The notes under the pieces are model-generated. The model saw only the letters and a program-made list of their open reading frames with translations. It was not told the origin of the DNA and ran no database searches. From positions 64,001-128,000 of the IMG/VR virus record IMGVR_UViG_3300045988_120820: 64,000 bases of DNA. One strand, written 5' to 3'. This document shows positions 8,499-18,800 of this stretch, one piece after another. The stretch comes from a virus. Position numbers and translations under genes: made by a program. The first letter of the stretch is position 1. Each line of letters opens with the position of its first letter.

Positions 8499-10268
8499 CT
8501 AAAATCCATTTTTGTGATTAGCTCTTACATATGTTGGATAATCGAAATAGCAAGTATCGTAATCTAAATCTCCATTGTGTCCTGGAAGTCTTTTAGTAGC
8601 TGACATTTGCCATAACTTAACCTCGGTTCTAGTCCAAGTACAAGCTGAACTCCATTGAGCTACCCATATGTGGTCAGTATATTTTATATTACTCCAATTC
8701 ACATAACTTGTTGCCCATGAGTTATTAGTGTAAATTCCTGCCATATAACCTGCATCATTTATTATTTGACAGAAAGTATTCATACAATTAGTTAACACTG
8801 TTTTTCCTGGATTACCCATTTTATCAACTAAGTCATTTTCTTGGTCAAAGAACACTGGGAATTCAAATGTTTGAGAATATTTATTTAATTGTTGAACCAC
8901 CCAATTCGCTTCTATTTTAACCTTTTCAACTGTATTTGCATATGAGAAGAAATAAACACCTACAGGGATTTTATTTTCAACACACAATTTTAAATATTCT
9001 TCAAATTTTGGGTCTATTATAGGTTGTCCACCTTTTCTGCTACCATAACCAATTCTTAATATCACAAAATTTATACTACCATTTTCTTTTAAAGTTTTTA
9101 AATCTATTGTACCTTGCCATCTTGATATATCTATTCCATAACAAGGCACTGTGAATCCTGTACTACCTCCTACTTCTCCTGTTCCTCCTGCATCAACTGT
9201 TATCGTAGATATACTTACATATGAACTACTAGCATTTATATATCCTATACTATTATTATAGCTTACTTTAACCCATGAAGTATTTGTATAAGTTTCAAGT
9301 ATTGGTAGTGTATATCCCTTAGGTACTGCTCCTAATACACTATATTTTACACCCATTCCACTTCTAACATTTAAAGCATTACAAATTACTTTTGCAACTT
9401 TAGTAGTAGAAGATAATAATAATCCCACATACGCTTTACCTGTATTTTCTCCTATTGCAGTAGCAGTAGGTTGGTCTTTACAGTTTATAGCGAATACGGG
9501 AAGACTGTGTGAAGAACTTAATCCTAAAGCATCATTACTTATTGTTCCTGTTATTTGGAATACCTTACCGTCTATATCCTTTCCAGTGTCTGCAAATTTA
9601 ACATATTGTCCAACATATCTTTGGTCAGTAGTTAAACATACATTTTTATCTGGATATTTATCACTTGTAAATTCTGAATCTATATAATAACCCATTATAG
9701 TTGAGTCTAAAGTTAAATTAGACACCCATACAGTTTTATCTTCAGCGGGTGGCTTTACAGGTGTTGGATTACTTGGGACATCTTTTCCATCATCGTCATC
9801 ATCTTTAGGTTCTTCATAAATTCTTATCCATAATTTATATTTTGGGTCATTAGGAATATCACTACCAATATATATTTCTTCTTCTGTAAAATGTTCAAAC
9901 ATATATTTAAATATATCATTAAGAGAATCAAATTTAGTTCCTTCAACTAAACCCTCTTTGTAACTACATAATTCTTTTCTCATAGTTTCAATTAATTCGT
10001 CTTTAGTCATATCATTGTTATCTAATAAAGCTCCTATACCTTTTACTTCATACGCAACTTTAATTTCCGTATCCAACTCTTCAAAAGAGGAAACTATCAA
10101 GCATTCTTTTTCTTCGTCATATTCTGGTTCTACTCCGTTTATTTTTTTAAACCCATATTTTTTCATTAGGTCTTCATTTGTATTAAAGTTAGTTATTAAA
10201 TTCCCTTCTGAAGTTTTATAATTCATAGGAGCATATACTAATTGATTATTTATAATTTTTCCGTACAT
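8499..10268 (-). CDS. GH25 muramidase with central SH3-like domain and N-terminal fibre-associated domain
   Basis: C-terminus GIDISRWQGTIDLKTL..FVILRIGYGS..DPKFEEY..VGVYFFSYA is the GH25 pattern. NVRSGMGVKYSVLGAVPKGYTLPI..WVKVSY is SH3-like. Confidence 0.8.
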   Translation of the reverse strand: MYGKIINNQLVYAPMNYKTSEGNLITNFNTNEDLMKKYGFKKINGVEPEYDEEKECLIVSSFEELDTEIKVAYEVKGIGALLDNNDMTKDELIETMRKELCSYKEGLVEGTKFDSLNDIFKYMFEHFTEEEIYIGSDIPNDPKYKLWIRIYEEPKDDDDDGKDVPSNPTPVKPPAEDKTVWVSNLTLDSTIMGYYIDSEFTSDKYPDKNVCLTTDQRYVGQYVKFADTGKDIDGKVFQITGTISNDALGLSSSHSLPVFAINCKDQPTATAIGENTGKAYVGLLLSSTTKVAKVICNALNVRSGMGVKYSVLGAVPKGYTLPILETYTNTSWVKVSYNNSIGYINASSSYVSISTITVDAGGTGEVGGSTGFTVPCYGIDISRWQGTIDLKTLKENGSINFVILRIGYGSRKGGQPIIDPKFEEYLKLCVENKIPVGVYFFSYANTVEKVKIEANWVVQQLNKYSQTFEFPVFFDQENDLVDKMGNPGKTVLTNCMNTFCQIINDAGYMAGIYTNNSWATSYVNWSNIKYTDHIWVAQWSSACTWTRTEVKLWQMSATKRLPGHNGDLDYDTCYFDYPTYVRANHKNGF

Positions 10269-10295
10269 ATAATACCTCCTTTATTAATTATTAAA

Positions 10296-11642
10296 TTATT
10301 TTAGATTTTTTTCAATCAATGGTATATAAAAAGTGTTATATCCTAATTCATTTGGATGTGTTCCATCTGAATTATTTGTGTATGTGTTTTTATGTTCTGA
10401 AATATATGTATTTAAACCACCACAGTCATATACATCTATAATTGGTATAGACCATCTTTTACATAATACTTTGGCTCTTTTACTATAAGTATTCTGTAAT
10501 TCTGTATCCCTAGAACTCATTTTATGAACACAAACATAGAATACTGGCACACCTTTCCAATAAGTTTTTAATCTATAACAAATTTCTTCAAAAGCACCAG
10601 AAAATGTATTTGTATTTTTTGTTTGGCTATATCCATCAGATATTTCACCTAAATCTTTCACAGCGCCATTATTAATATCATTTGTAAATCCATCAAATAA
10701 TATATAATCTGCTGTTTTTTTATCATTTTTTGCTTTTTCAATTTGAGTTAATATATCGTTTGTAGAAGTTGTTATTGTAGCACCACCCACAGCATAATCA
10801 TAACAAATCATATCATTCTTCTTAGCTAATAATTCGGCATATCCAATACCGTTATTGCCATCTCCAGCACCTATGCTATCACCAAAATTTAAAATAGTCT
10901 TACCTTTTAATATGTTATTTAATAAATATATTTCATTTTTTACTTCTTCTTTTAAGCTTTCATTTAATTTTAATTTATCTATTATTATTTTATTTTCTTC
11001 GTATTCCATTTTTTCATCACCAAAATATAACATTGAATTATCCGCAAGATTCTTTTCAAAAGAGACTCTGATATATGCTACTTCTTTATTTCCATTATAA
11101 GTTATTGACTCTTTTGTAAAATTTGTATTATCATAATAATAATCTGTTAATACATTATAAGAATTATCATAAAAACACGCAGTTCTTATAGCTCTTCTTG
11201 TCATATTTGTATTCTGTGTTGGGTTATCCATCCTAGATAGGTTTATTTTATCACCTTTGCTAAACGGTATATATGTAGTCGTTACATAATTTCCATTTTT
11301 TATTTCCCCATTAGAATATACATATCCACCAACTAATTCATCAATATTTAATATATTATTTCCATATTTGGCAAAATTAGTTTTGTATGGAGTTACTTGT
11401 TCATCTACTATATTTTCACTTAATATAGTATTTTTTCCCACTACTGCTACACTTCCACCAGTTATTGCCTCTTTTATATCTTGCCCCATATTAGCCATAG
11501 TGAATACCTCATTTTTATCAGCTTTATTATTTAAATTTTCTCTTAATGTCTTACTATCTTTACACAATACATTGTCATCAGTAGACCAAAATGAAATGAC
11601 ATTTCCATTCTCATCACCATATTTATTCTTCATATACTTCAT
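10296..11642 (-). CDS. tail-fibre protein with C-terminal SGNH/GDSL hydrolase domain
   Basis: LNFGDSIGAGDG (block I), GGATI, and DGTHPNELGY (block V). The N-terminal motif ISFWSTDDNVLCKDSKTLRENL is shared with 32078-32725. Confidence 0.75.
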   Translation of the reverse strand: MKYMKNKYGDENGNVISFWSTDDNVLCKDSKTLRENLNNKADKNEVFTMANMGQDIKEAITGGSVAVVGKNTILSENIVDEQVTPYKTNFAKYGNNILNIDELVGGYVYSNGEIKNGNYVTTTYIPFSKGDKINLSRMDNPTQNTNMTRRAIRTACFYDNSYNVLTDYYYDNTNFTKESITYNGNKEVAYIRVSFEKNLADNSMLYFGDEKMEYEENKIIIDKLKLNESLKEEVKNEIYLLNNILKGKTILNFGDSIGAGDGNNGIGYAELLAKKNDMICYDYAVGGATITTSTNDILTQIEKAKNDKKTADYILFDGFTNDINNGAVKDLGEISDGYSQTKNTNTFSGAFEEICYRLKTYWKGVPVFYVCVHKMSSRDTELQNTYSKRAKVLCKRWSIPIIDVYDCGGLNTYISEHKNTYTNNSDGTHPNELGYNTFYIPLIEKNLK

Positions 11643-11656
11643 TGCTTCATACCTCC

Positions 11657-12898
11657 CTAATTTATATAACTCTCTTCAGAAGAAATTTTATTAAAAGGAA
11701 TTTTTGTAATAGTTCCTGTTACCCCTCCTGATGTGTCTTCCTTAACTATTGGTACATTTTCATCATGTATTAAAGTATCTCCATACCAAATTTCATTTAA
11801 ATAACTTAATTTTATTTGACATAATACATCTTTTTTTAATATCGGTTGCGTTCTCCATGATATACTCGGAAATATTAAAATTAAGTTATCCACTGTTGGT
11901 CTAATAAATAAATTCAATTCCATAAATTCATCCACATCTGGTAATACGATAGTCGATAATGTTTCTGTTTTTAAATATTGATATTTATCTCCGGTTAAAT
12001 TTAATTTATCTTCATCATCGGCGATAACTACATTTAAATAATCTACTATTTGTTCTTTTTTATTTTTTATTTTATTAAATTTATATAGTTTGAAATAATC
12101 TTCATTAAAACAACATAAACCGTATGTATAAGTATCTGTATTACTTGTTATATATGCATAATTTCTATTACCATCTAAATATATTATTTCAGTACTAGAA
12201 TTAAAATCTTTTGCCCAACCTTTTAATATATAAGAACTTTTACTTAATTCTGATATTATTATAGGTGTATCTTCTGTACCTTTTTTAATTGTATAGCCTT
12301 TACTTTCTTCTAATTCTATTAATTTTGTCTTATGCTGTAATATCTCATCTTTAATTTCGCTAGTTGCTTGTTCTAATTTGTTCAATTTAGAATCGGTAAT
12401 TACATCTCCAGATATCCAAATAGTTCTATTATAAGACCCGTCGTCATTGAAAGTTTTTAATTCTTTTCCATATTTAGCAACTTTTGTGTTGTCTATTGCT
12501 GTTCCATCAACTGTTCCATAAGATAAATCGTCATCGTCCACTTCACATTCTTCAACTGACATTATAAAATAAGGTAATTTTATTCTTCCACCTTTATCGT
12601 CATAAATTCTAATATGAACATGATAATTTCCTATTTCATCAATTTGATTCATTATTTCATTATTAATTGTAAATAATATTTTATTATCTATAATAGGTAC
12701 TATATCTGATTTTATTTGTTTTTTTAAAGGACTAACTAATACTATATCAGATAATAAATAATTAGAACTTAAATCTAAATAATCAGTATCCATCAATTTG
12801 AAATATATATCTATACCTTTATCGTGTTGAAATATTGATAGCTGACGATTTAAAATACTCTTTTGTTTATTAATAATTATCGAATATTCTTTTTTCAT
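11657..12898 (-). CDS. baseplate/fibre protein with BppU-like N-terminal domain
   Basis: 413 aa. N-terminus IIINKQKSILNRQLSIFQHDKGIDIYFKL resembles the N-termini of 5807-8089 and 34306-35475. Confidence 0.55.
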   Translation of the reverse strand: MKKEYSIIINKQKSILNRQLSIFQHDKGIDIYFKLMDTDYLDLSSNYLLSDIVLVSPLKKQIKSDIVPIIDNKILFTINNEIMNQIDEIGNYHVHIRIYDDKGGRIKLPYFIMSVEECEVDDDDLSYGTVDGTAIDNTKVAKYGKELKTFNDDGSYNRTIWISGDVITDSKLNKLEQATSEIKDEILQHKTKLIELEESKGYTIKKGTEDTPIIISELSKSSYILKGWAKDFNSSTEIIYLDGNRNYAYITSNTDTYTYGLCCFNEDYFKLYKFNKIKNKKEQIVDYLNVVIADDEDKLNLTGDKYQYLKTETLSTIVLPDVDEFMELNLFIRPTVDNLILIFPSISWRTQPILKKDVLCQIKLSYLNEIWYGDTLIHDENVPIVKEDTSGGVTGTITKIPFNKISSEESYIN

Positions 12899-12912
12899 CT
12901 ATTTGCTCCTTT

Positions 12913-14448
12913 CTAAACATTTGTATTATTTTCAAGAGCATCTAATCTTGATTCTATGTTAGATAATCTTGAATTTATATTTCCTATTTTAGAATTTAAA
13001 TCATTGACTTGATTTTGAACTTCTAAGATTTTATCATTTAATCTTTTTTCAATTTGTTGTAAATTAACTTCACTCGTTGCTGAATTAATTAAGTTTATAC
13101 AGTTTAACATTTGTGAGTTCAATTTATTTCTAGCTTCCCTATATAATGCTAATCTTATAGTGAATCTTTTTCTTTCATCTTTATTAAAAATTAAATCTTT
13201 CATATCTACTTTTATTGAATTAATAAAATCTGTGTGTTTTGCTTTAAAATCATCAAAATATTCTTTTAATAATTGTTTATTATTATCGCCTAACTTCTCA
13301 TTATTATAGTAAGATTGATAACTAGCTTCTATTTTAGAAACGTAATTAACCATTCCATTTGCTAAAGCGTCCAACGAATTATATTGTGCTACCGTTAATT
13401 TCCCATCCACGTTTAACAATGAATTAATTATAGGTAACATGTCATTTGAGTACTTTTGATTTGCATCAAAATATCCTTGAATAGTTTGTTGTTCTTTAGC
13501 GAAAGAATTAATCAATGAAGCTTGTAATTCACTCATATTACTAGATAAATCATCTATTCTAGCATTTGTATTATAAACTTCATCTGATATAGTACTTGAA
13601 GCCCCTAATGTTTTTTCGCCTTCTGAACCTATAGACAATATTGTACTACATGAATCTTTAAAAGAAGATAATGTTATCAATATCGTAGTTATATTAGATG
13701 TTATGGAAGAAATATCTGCTAATGTTATATTTTCTCTATCATCCTCTGTGACGATTTTAATTTCTACAATTAAATCAGCCAGCATTTTTTGCAAAGATAG
13801 TTGATATTCTAAAAAAGATGTTGTGTCTACATCATTAGAATTTTCTGCCATCATATCAATTAAAGCATCACTATATCCTAGCATTTCTTCAAATTTATTA
13901 TTGATTGTATCTAACCTATAATTGACATCTGCTTTTTCTGCTGAATTAAATGTCTCATCGGAAAGTCTATCGGTTAATGTGGTTTTTAAATCTATCATTA
14001 AAGAATTGGAATTTATTATTGCTGTATTTAATAATTCTTTAATTTGTTCAAATGATAAGTTTTCTTGATATTCTTTTGATAAACTTTCTATATTATCTTG
14101 AGTGATTTCAAGTTGTTTTTTATAAAATTTATTGTTTTCAGTGACTCCTTTTAATTTCTCTGCTATCGACTTTTTATTATATCCATCAAATAACATTTCC
14201 AATGTATCTGTTGTAGTTGTAACACTAACACCCTCTATATTTTTAATTATAAATATCAAGTCTTCTTTGTCATCTAATTTATTATTTGAACTTACTAAAT
14301 CAGAAGTTTCTATCTTCCAATAGATATACTTGTCTTTTGTATATATATTATTTATAGGAAATATTTGTTCATTATATTTAATGGATAAATCCTTTATGTA
14401 AATGTATCCTTGAGTTGGTGCGTTATTAATTATTGCCATGCATTTCAC
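12913..14448 (-). CDS. coiled-coil structural protein
   Basis: 511 aa, long heptad-like Asn/Leu/Glu-rich C-terminal region. The real start may be the internal MAIINN. Confidence 0.6.
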   Translation of the reverse strand: MKCMAIINNAPTQGYIYIKDLSIKYNEQIFPINNIYTKDKYIYWKIETSDLVSSNNKLDDKEDLIFIIKNIEGVSVTTTTDTLEMLFDGYNKKSIAEKLKGVTENNKFYKKQLEITQDNIESLSKEYQENLSFEQIKELLNTAIINSNSLMIDLKTTLTDRLSDETFNSAEKADVNYRLDTINNKFEEMLGYSDALIDMMAENSNDVDTTSFLEYQLSLQKMLADLIVEIKIVTEDDRENITLADISSITSNITTILITLSSFKDSCSTILSIGSEGEKTLGASSTISDEVYNTNARIDDLSSNMSELQASLINSFAKEQQTIQGYFDANQKYSNDMLPIINSLLNVDGKLTVAQYNSLDALANGMVNYVSKIEASYQSYYNNEKLGDNNKQLLKEYFDDFKAKHTDFINSIKVDMKDLIFNKDERKRFTIRLALYREARNKLNSQMLNCINLINSATSEVNLQQIEKRLNDKILEVQNQVNDLNSKIGNINSRLSNIESRLDALENNTNV

Positions 14449-14454
14449 CTCCTA

Positions 14455-14486
14455 CATAAAAATAACACCTATAAAATATAGGTGTT
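14455..14486 (-). terminator. intrinsic terminator after endonuclease gene A
   Basis: AACACCTATA (14464-14473) pairs with TATAGGTGTT (14477-14486); T-rich tail on the minus strand. Confidence 0.55.
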
Positions 14487-14499
14487 TATACTAAATTTA

Positions 14500-15729
14500 T
14501 TAATTATTTTTAATCTGTAATGTTTCTAATAAAATTTCTTCTATATTATCTATATCATAATACCAAATTTCTAATAAATTAATATTACGTTCTTTTGCAT
14601 ATTCCTTTTTTCTACGGTCATGTTCTAATTGACGTTCAAATTTTTCTTTAGTTTGCCAACCCTCTTGCCATTTTTCATGTTGAATTCCTTGACATTCTAT
14701 TAATAGATTATAATCTGGTAAATAAAAATCGTAAGATAAATTACCACCTTTTAATCCAATTAAACCATTATATTCTACTTGAATATTATAGTTTATATTA
14801 TATTTTTCTAAAATATCTTTAGTTTTTATTTCTAACTGTGAAGAATTGCACTCTTTACACACTACACCTGTATCTACTTTATTTAAATTTAATAAACTTC
14901 TTTCAAATTCTTGTCCGCATTTTTCACAAATAAATTTATATTTTTTGTTACTCATAGGTGAAACTTCAAAAGGTGATTTTTTATTATTTTTACTCCAATA
15001 TTTAGCTTTTTCGGGATATAAACTACCAAAGCTGTCTTTCGGATGTACTTTATGATTACTACAATATGAACATCTACAACCATTGTAAAATTTACTTGGA
15101 ATGGTTTTATACCCACCATAATCATTATGATAATCTTTTTCTTGACACAATATCCAAATATCTCTCGCATTATTTTTACTTATTTTAAATGGATTTAAAG
15201 TATTTTTGCTACTCCAATATTTCTCTACAGCATCTTCTCCATAAGTATTTATTAAATATTGTCCAAAACTGTCTTTAGGATGAACTTTTTTACTAGAGCA
15301 ATAAGGACATCTTGCTTCTTCTGTGAAATGAGCAGGTGTTATAAAATAACTTCCATGATAATCTTTCTTATCACATTTAATAACCACCTTTTCTTTATAA
15401 TATTTATTTATTAAATAAGGATTGACTGTATTTTTCTCCCAATCCCAATATTTATTTAAAGGTTCTTGTAATTCTTGTTGAATATAATAAGCAAAAGAAT
15501 TTTCATAAGTATTACAGCAGTTAGTACATTTACACTTATGTTTTCCTACAAAACCTCCCAATCGTACATCATATTCTTTACCACAATATGGACATTTTAC
15601 TCTAATATAACTTAAATTTTTAGAATATTTACCGTCGATAGTAATTTCTCCGCAATGATAACTCCCAATATAAATATATCCATCACCACGATTTTCAACT
15701 TTTTCTTTATGCTCTTCATTATAATACAT
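14500..15729 (-). CDS. free-standing endonuclease-like protein A: repeated Zn-ribbon modules + C-terminal PD-(D/E)xK-like domain
   Basis: 409 aa. CPYC..C..CC and three W(D/S)xxKN..P...CPYCS modules. The C-terminus has LSYDFYLPDYNLLIECQGIQH. About 70% identical by eye to 47570-48583. Confidence 0.6.
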   Translation of the reverse strand: MYYNEEHKEKVENRGDGYIYIGSYHCGEITIDGKYSKNLSYIRVKCPYCGKEYDVRLGGFVGKHKCKCTNCCNTYENSFAYYIQQELQEPLNKYWDWEKNTVNPYLINKYYKEKVVIKCDKKDYHGSYFITPAHFTEEARCPYCSSKKVHPKDSFGQYLINTYGEDAVEKYWSSKNTLNPFKISKNNARDIWILCQEKDYHNDYGGYKTIPSKFYNGCRCSYCSNHKVHPKDSFGSLYPEKAKYWSKNNKKSPFEVSPMSNKKYKFICEKCGQEFERSLLNLNKVDTGVVCKECNSSQLEIKTKDILEKYNINYNIQVEYNGLIGLKGGNLSYDFYLPDYNLLIECQGIQHEKWQEGWQTKEKFERQLEHDRRKKEYAKERNINLLEIWYYDIDNIEEILLETLQIKNN

Positions 15730-15812
15730 AATATCTCCCCTTTATTAATTATTTTTGTTTCCCTTTTTATTCTTTCCAATTGCAACTTAAATTAAACCTT
15801 TTGAGAAATTGA

Positions 15813-18800
15813 TTATTTATTCCAGATTTGATTTATCCATGAATTTTCAAAAAATGTTTTATCATCTTCTTTGAATTTCCAGAAATTAATCAAAGTTCCA
15901 CCATATTTCATATAACTTGTAAATCTTGTTTTATACTGACTTATTTTACCATAATAATTCATAGCCCAATTATAAGATTGAGTATAACTCCATGCTAAAG
16001 ATTTATTTCCGTATTCAACAATATAAGCATCCACTCGTAAAGGATTTGTCATTTTTGAACTTACATCAGAATAAGATTTTCCCAAAAATAAATCGAAATC
16101 TGTTCCACCGACACCTGTGTCACAAACAGTTACAATACCATCTTTATTGCCCCATTTTCCTTTTAAGAAAGGGATATAAATCTTACTACCATATGGTAAA
16201 TTGTATGAACCGACACTTTTTGCGACTTCTAATGGTAAACCAGAACCTCCTGTTGTATATTTTGCTGAATAATATCCAGTCATACAACAATTAGTTAATT
16301 TAGCTACATAATTTACTCCATCTATTGTTCCATTTTCATAGAATACATTTGGATGTTCAGAGTCTGAAACATTTGTATTTGTATTTCCATTAGAACTGTT
16401 TTTATCAGCTTCAGCAACTTGAGGTAATCTAAAGAATATCCATTGATTTTTATCAAAAGTTCTTTTTCCTTTTCTTATACCACTTGAGTAACCAGATGCC
16501 TCATACATTTCATAATCTGAATATCCGTAAATCATAACATGATGTGTCCTACAAGTGAATACATTATTTCTATTAAAACTTACTCCATCATTAACACAAA
16601 GAACAATATCTCCTGGTTTTGCATCTTTCAATCCCTCTTCTTTATATAACCAATATTCAGCTCCTAGTTGTTTTAATTTCTGTTGTAAAGTTCCTGCTCC
16701 ACATGACAATCCTTTTAAATCGGGTATACCTGCGTAATCATAACAACATCCTGTATAACTAGAACAATCCCATCCATATGTTTGATTTAACACTACCCAT
16801 GATGGCTGGGAATATGTCACGCCACCAACCGTTTCATAACGTCCTTTAATTGTATTTGGATTCCTGTAATCTACAGTTCTATAATATTGACTGTAATTTG
16901 CTTGATGATTAACACACATTCTAACTATTTCTTCAGCTTTTTCCATAATTTTTTGTCTTATGAAATTTACTCCATTTGTCTCATTATCTTCATCATCTGG
17001 AGGAATAAATGTGCCAACATTATTTTTGATTTGATATTTAATATTATTTAATAACATTTTACATCCTACTACATTTAAGTCTAATCCATTATAAGTATAA
17101 TGTGAGGCTAATACTTCATTTTCCACCATTCCACCTTGAACTGTTATAGATTTTAACCCTAATTCATTTGCGATTTTTTGTAACATATTATTATAATTTT
17201 TAATTTGACTATTTAATTGTTCATAGTTATAATCTACAGTTGCATAATTTATACCGACAGGTAATTCATTTGCTACAAATATATATTTTCCTGTGTATTT
17301 AGTTTTTATAGAATTTAACAATGTCTTTATTTTACTTATGTCACATAGAGAGTCATTGTTTAATCCTAACATAACAACGATAGCTTTTGGGTCTGATGGA
17401 TAAGTTGTAATATCAAAATCTTCAACAATATTTCCAAAATACGTCATTTTTGGGGCTAAGTTATACTCTTGTAGATTTTGAATTCTTTTTGTTCCTATAA
17501 TTAATACTTCATCTAAATCATCTATATTTATTTCTGCCTCTTTACCACTAACCGTAACAGTACAAGATGCTTTTATTTTAGTATTTTTATTTGATATAGC
17601 TGTTATAGTGCATTTTCCTTGACCTACACCTGTTATTAATCCCTCATTTGATACTTTGGCTATATTACCATCAGAACTAATATATGTTATTGATTGATTT
17701 GCATTAGTAGGGATTACTGTAGGCAATAAATAAACTGATTCATGTTTATCTATTTCTAATGAATTTGTATTCAATCTAATGCCCGTAACGTTAACATTAC
17801 TACTATCTCCCATATCAACTTCTACGACTACTTTACAAGTATCTGTTTTATTACCATCTTCTGTTATTACAGTTATTATACAAGCTCCATATCCATTTCC
17901 TACTATTACACCATCACTTACACTTGCAATGTTTTCATCACTACTAATCCATATTACATTTTTATTTTTAGCTGTATCTGGTAGTATTGTCGCCTTTAAA
18001 ATATATTCTTCATTTAAATTTATATTTAAAGTATGCTGACTTAAATCCACACTTGAAACACTGTCAACGTAAGCTTTATTAGGGGAAAAATCTAAGTCTA
18101 AATCCATACCAGTCATTAATGTACTATTAACTTTATTGTATTTTTGTTTATTCCATAACCATTTATTAACTGATACAATTTTTTTTGTTTCTTTTGATTT
18201 TTTTAATAAATCAGCAATTACTCTAGTATCTTCTTTATTAGTTTTTTTATTTGAGAAGGTTAAACTTAATTTATTATCTTCGTAATTCATAGCCCAACCT
18301 GTAAAGAAAACTAATTCTTCTTTATCTCTTTCTTTATCGTAAGTAGATATAACGTCTCCTAAACCTAATTGAATTTCTGGACTTAATCTAATTTTGTCAC
18401 CTAGCAATCTATTCACAAAATTTGCAGAATCTATCGAGAATTCTACTGTAGGTTTACATTTAGATTCTAAAATATGTTTTCCTGTTTTTATTAATTCGTT
18501 AGCATCTACAAAACTATCATCTGAATATGTATCATAATAAATGTAATCTTTTAATTCACTTAATAAATTTTCATTGAATAATAAATTACCTGCGTCGTCT
18601 TCTGACGTTTCTCTTCTACATAATTTATTTAATCTATTAATTTTAATATCTAATTCTTTTAATTCTTTTTCTATTTTATATATTTGACTTGAAACAGATT
18701 GCAATTCTAAATTAGATACATCTAATTCACTTTTTATATCGTCTAATAAATAATATTCTTCTTCAGTTTCCATATCCGTATAACCGTCTATTATATTTTG

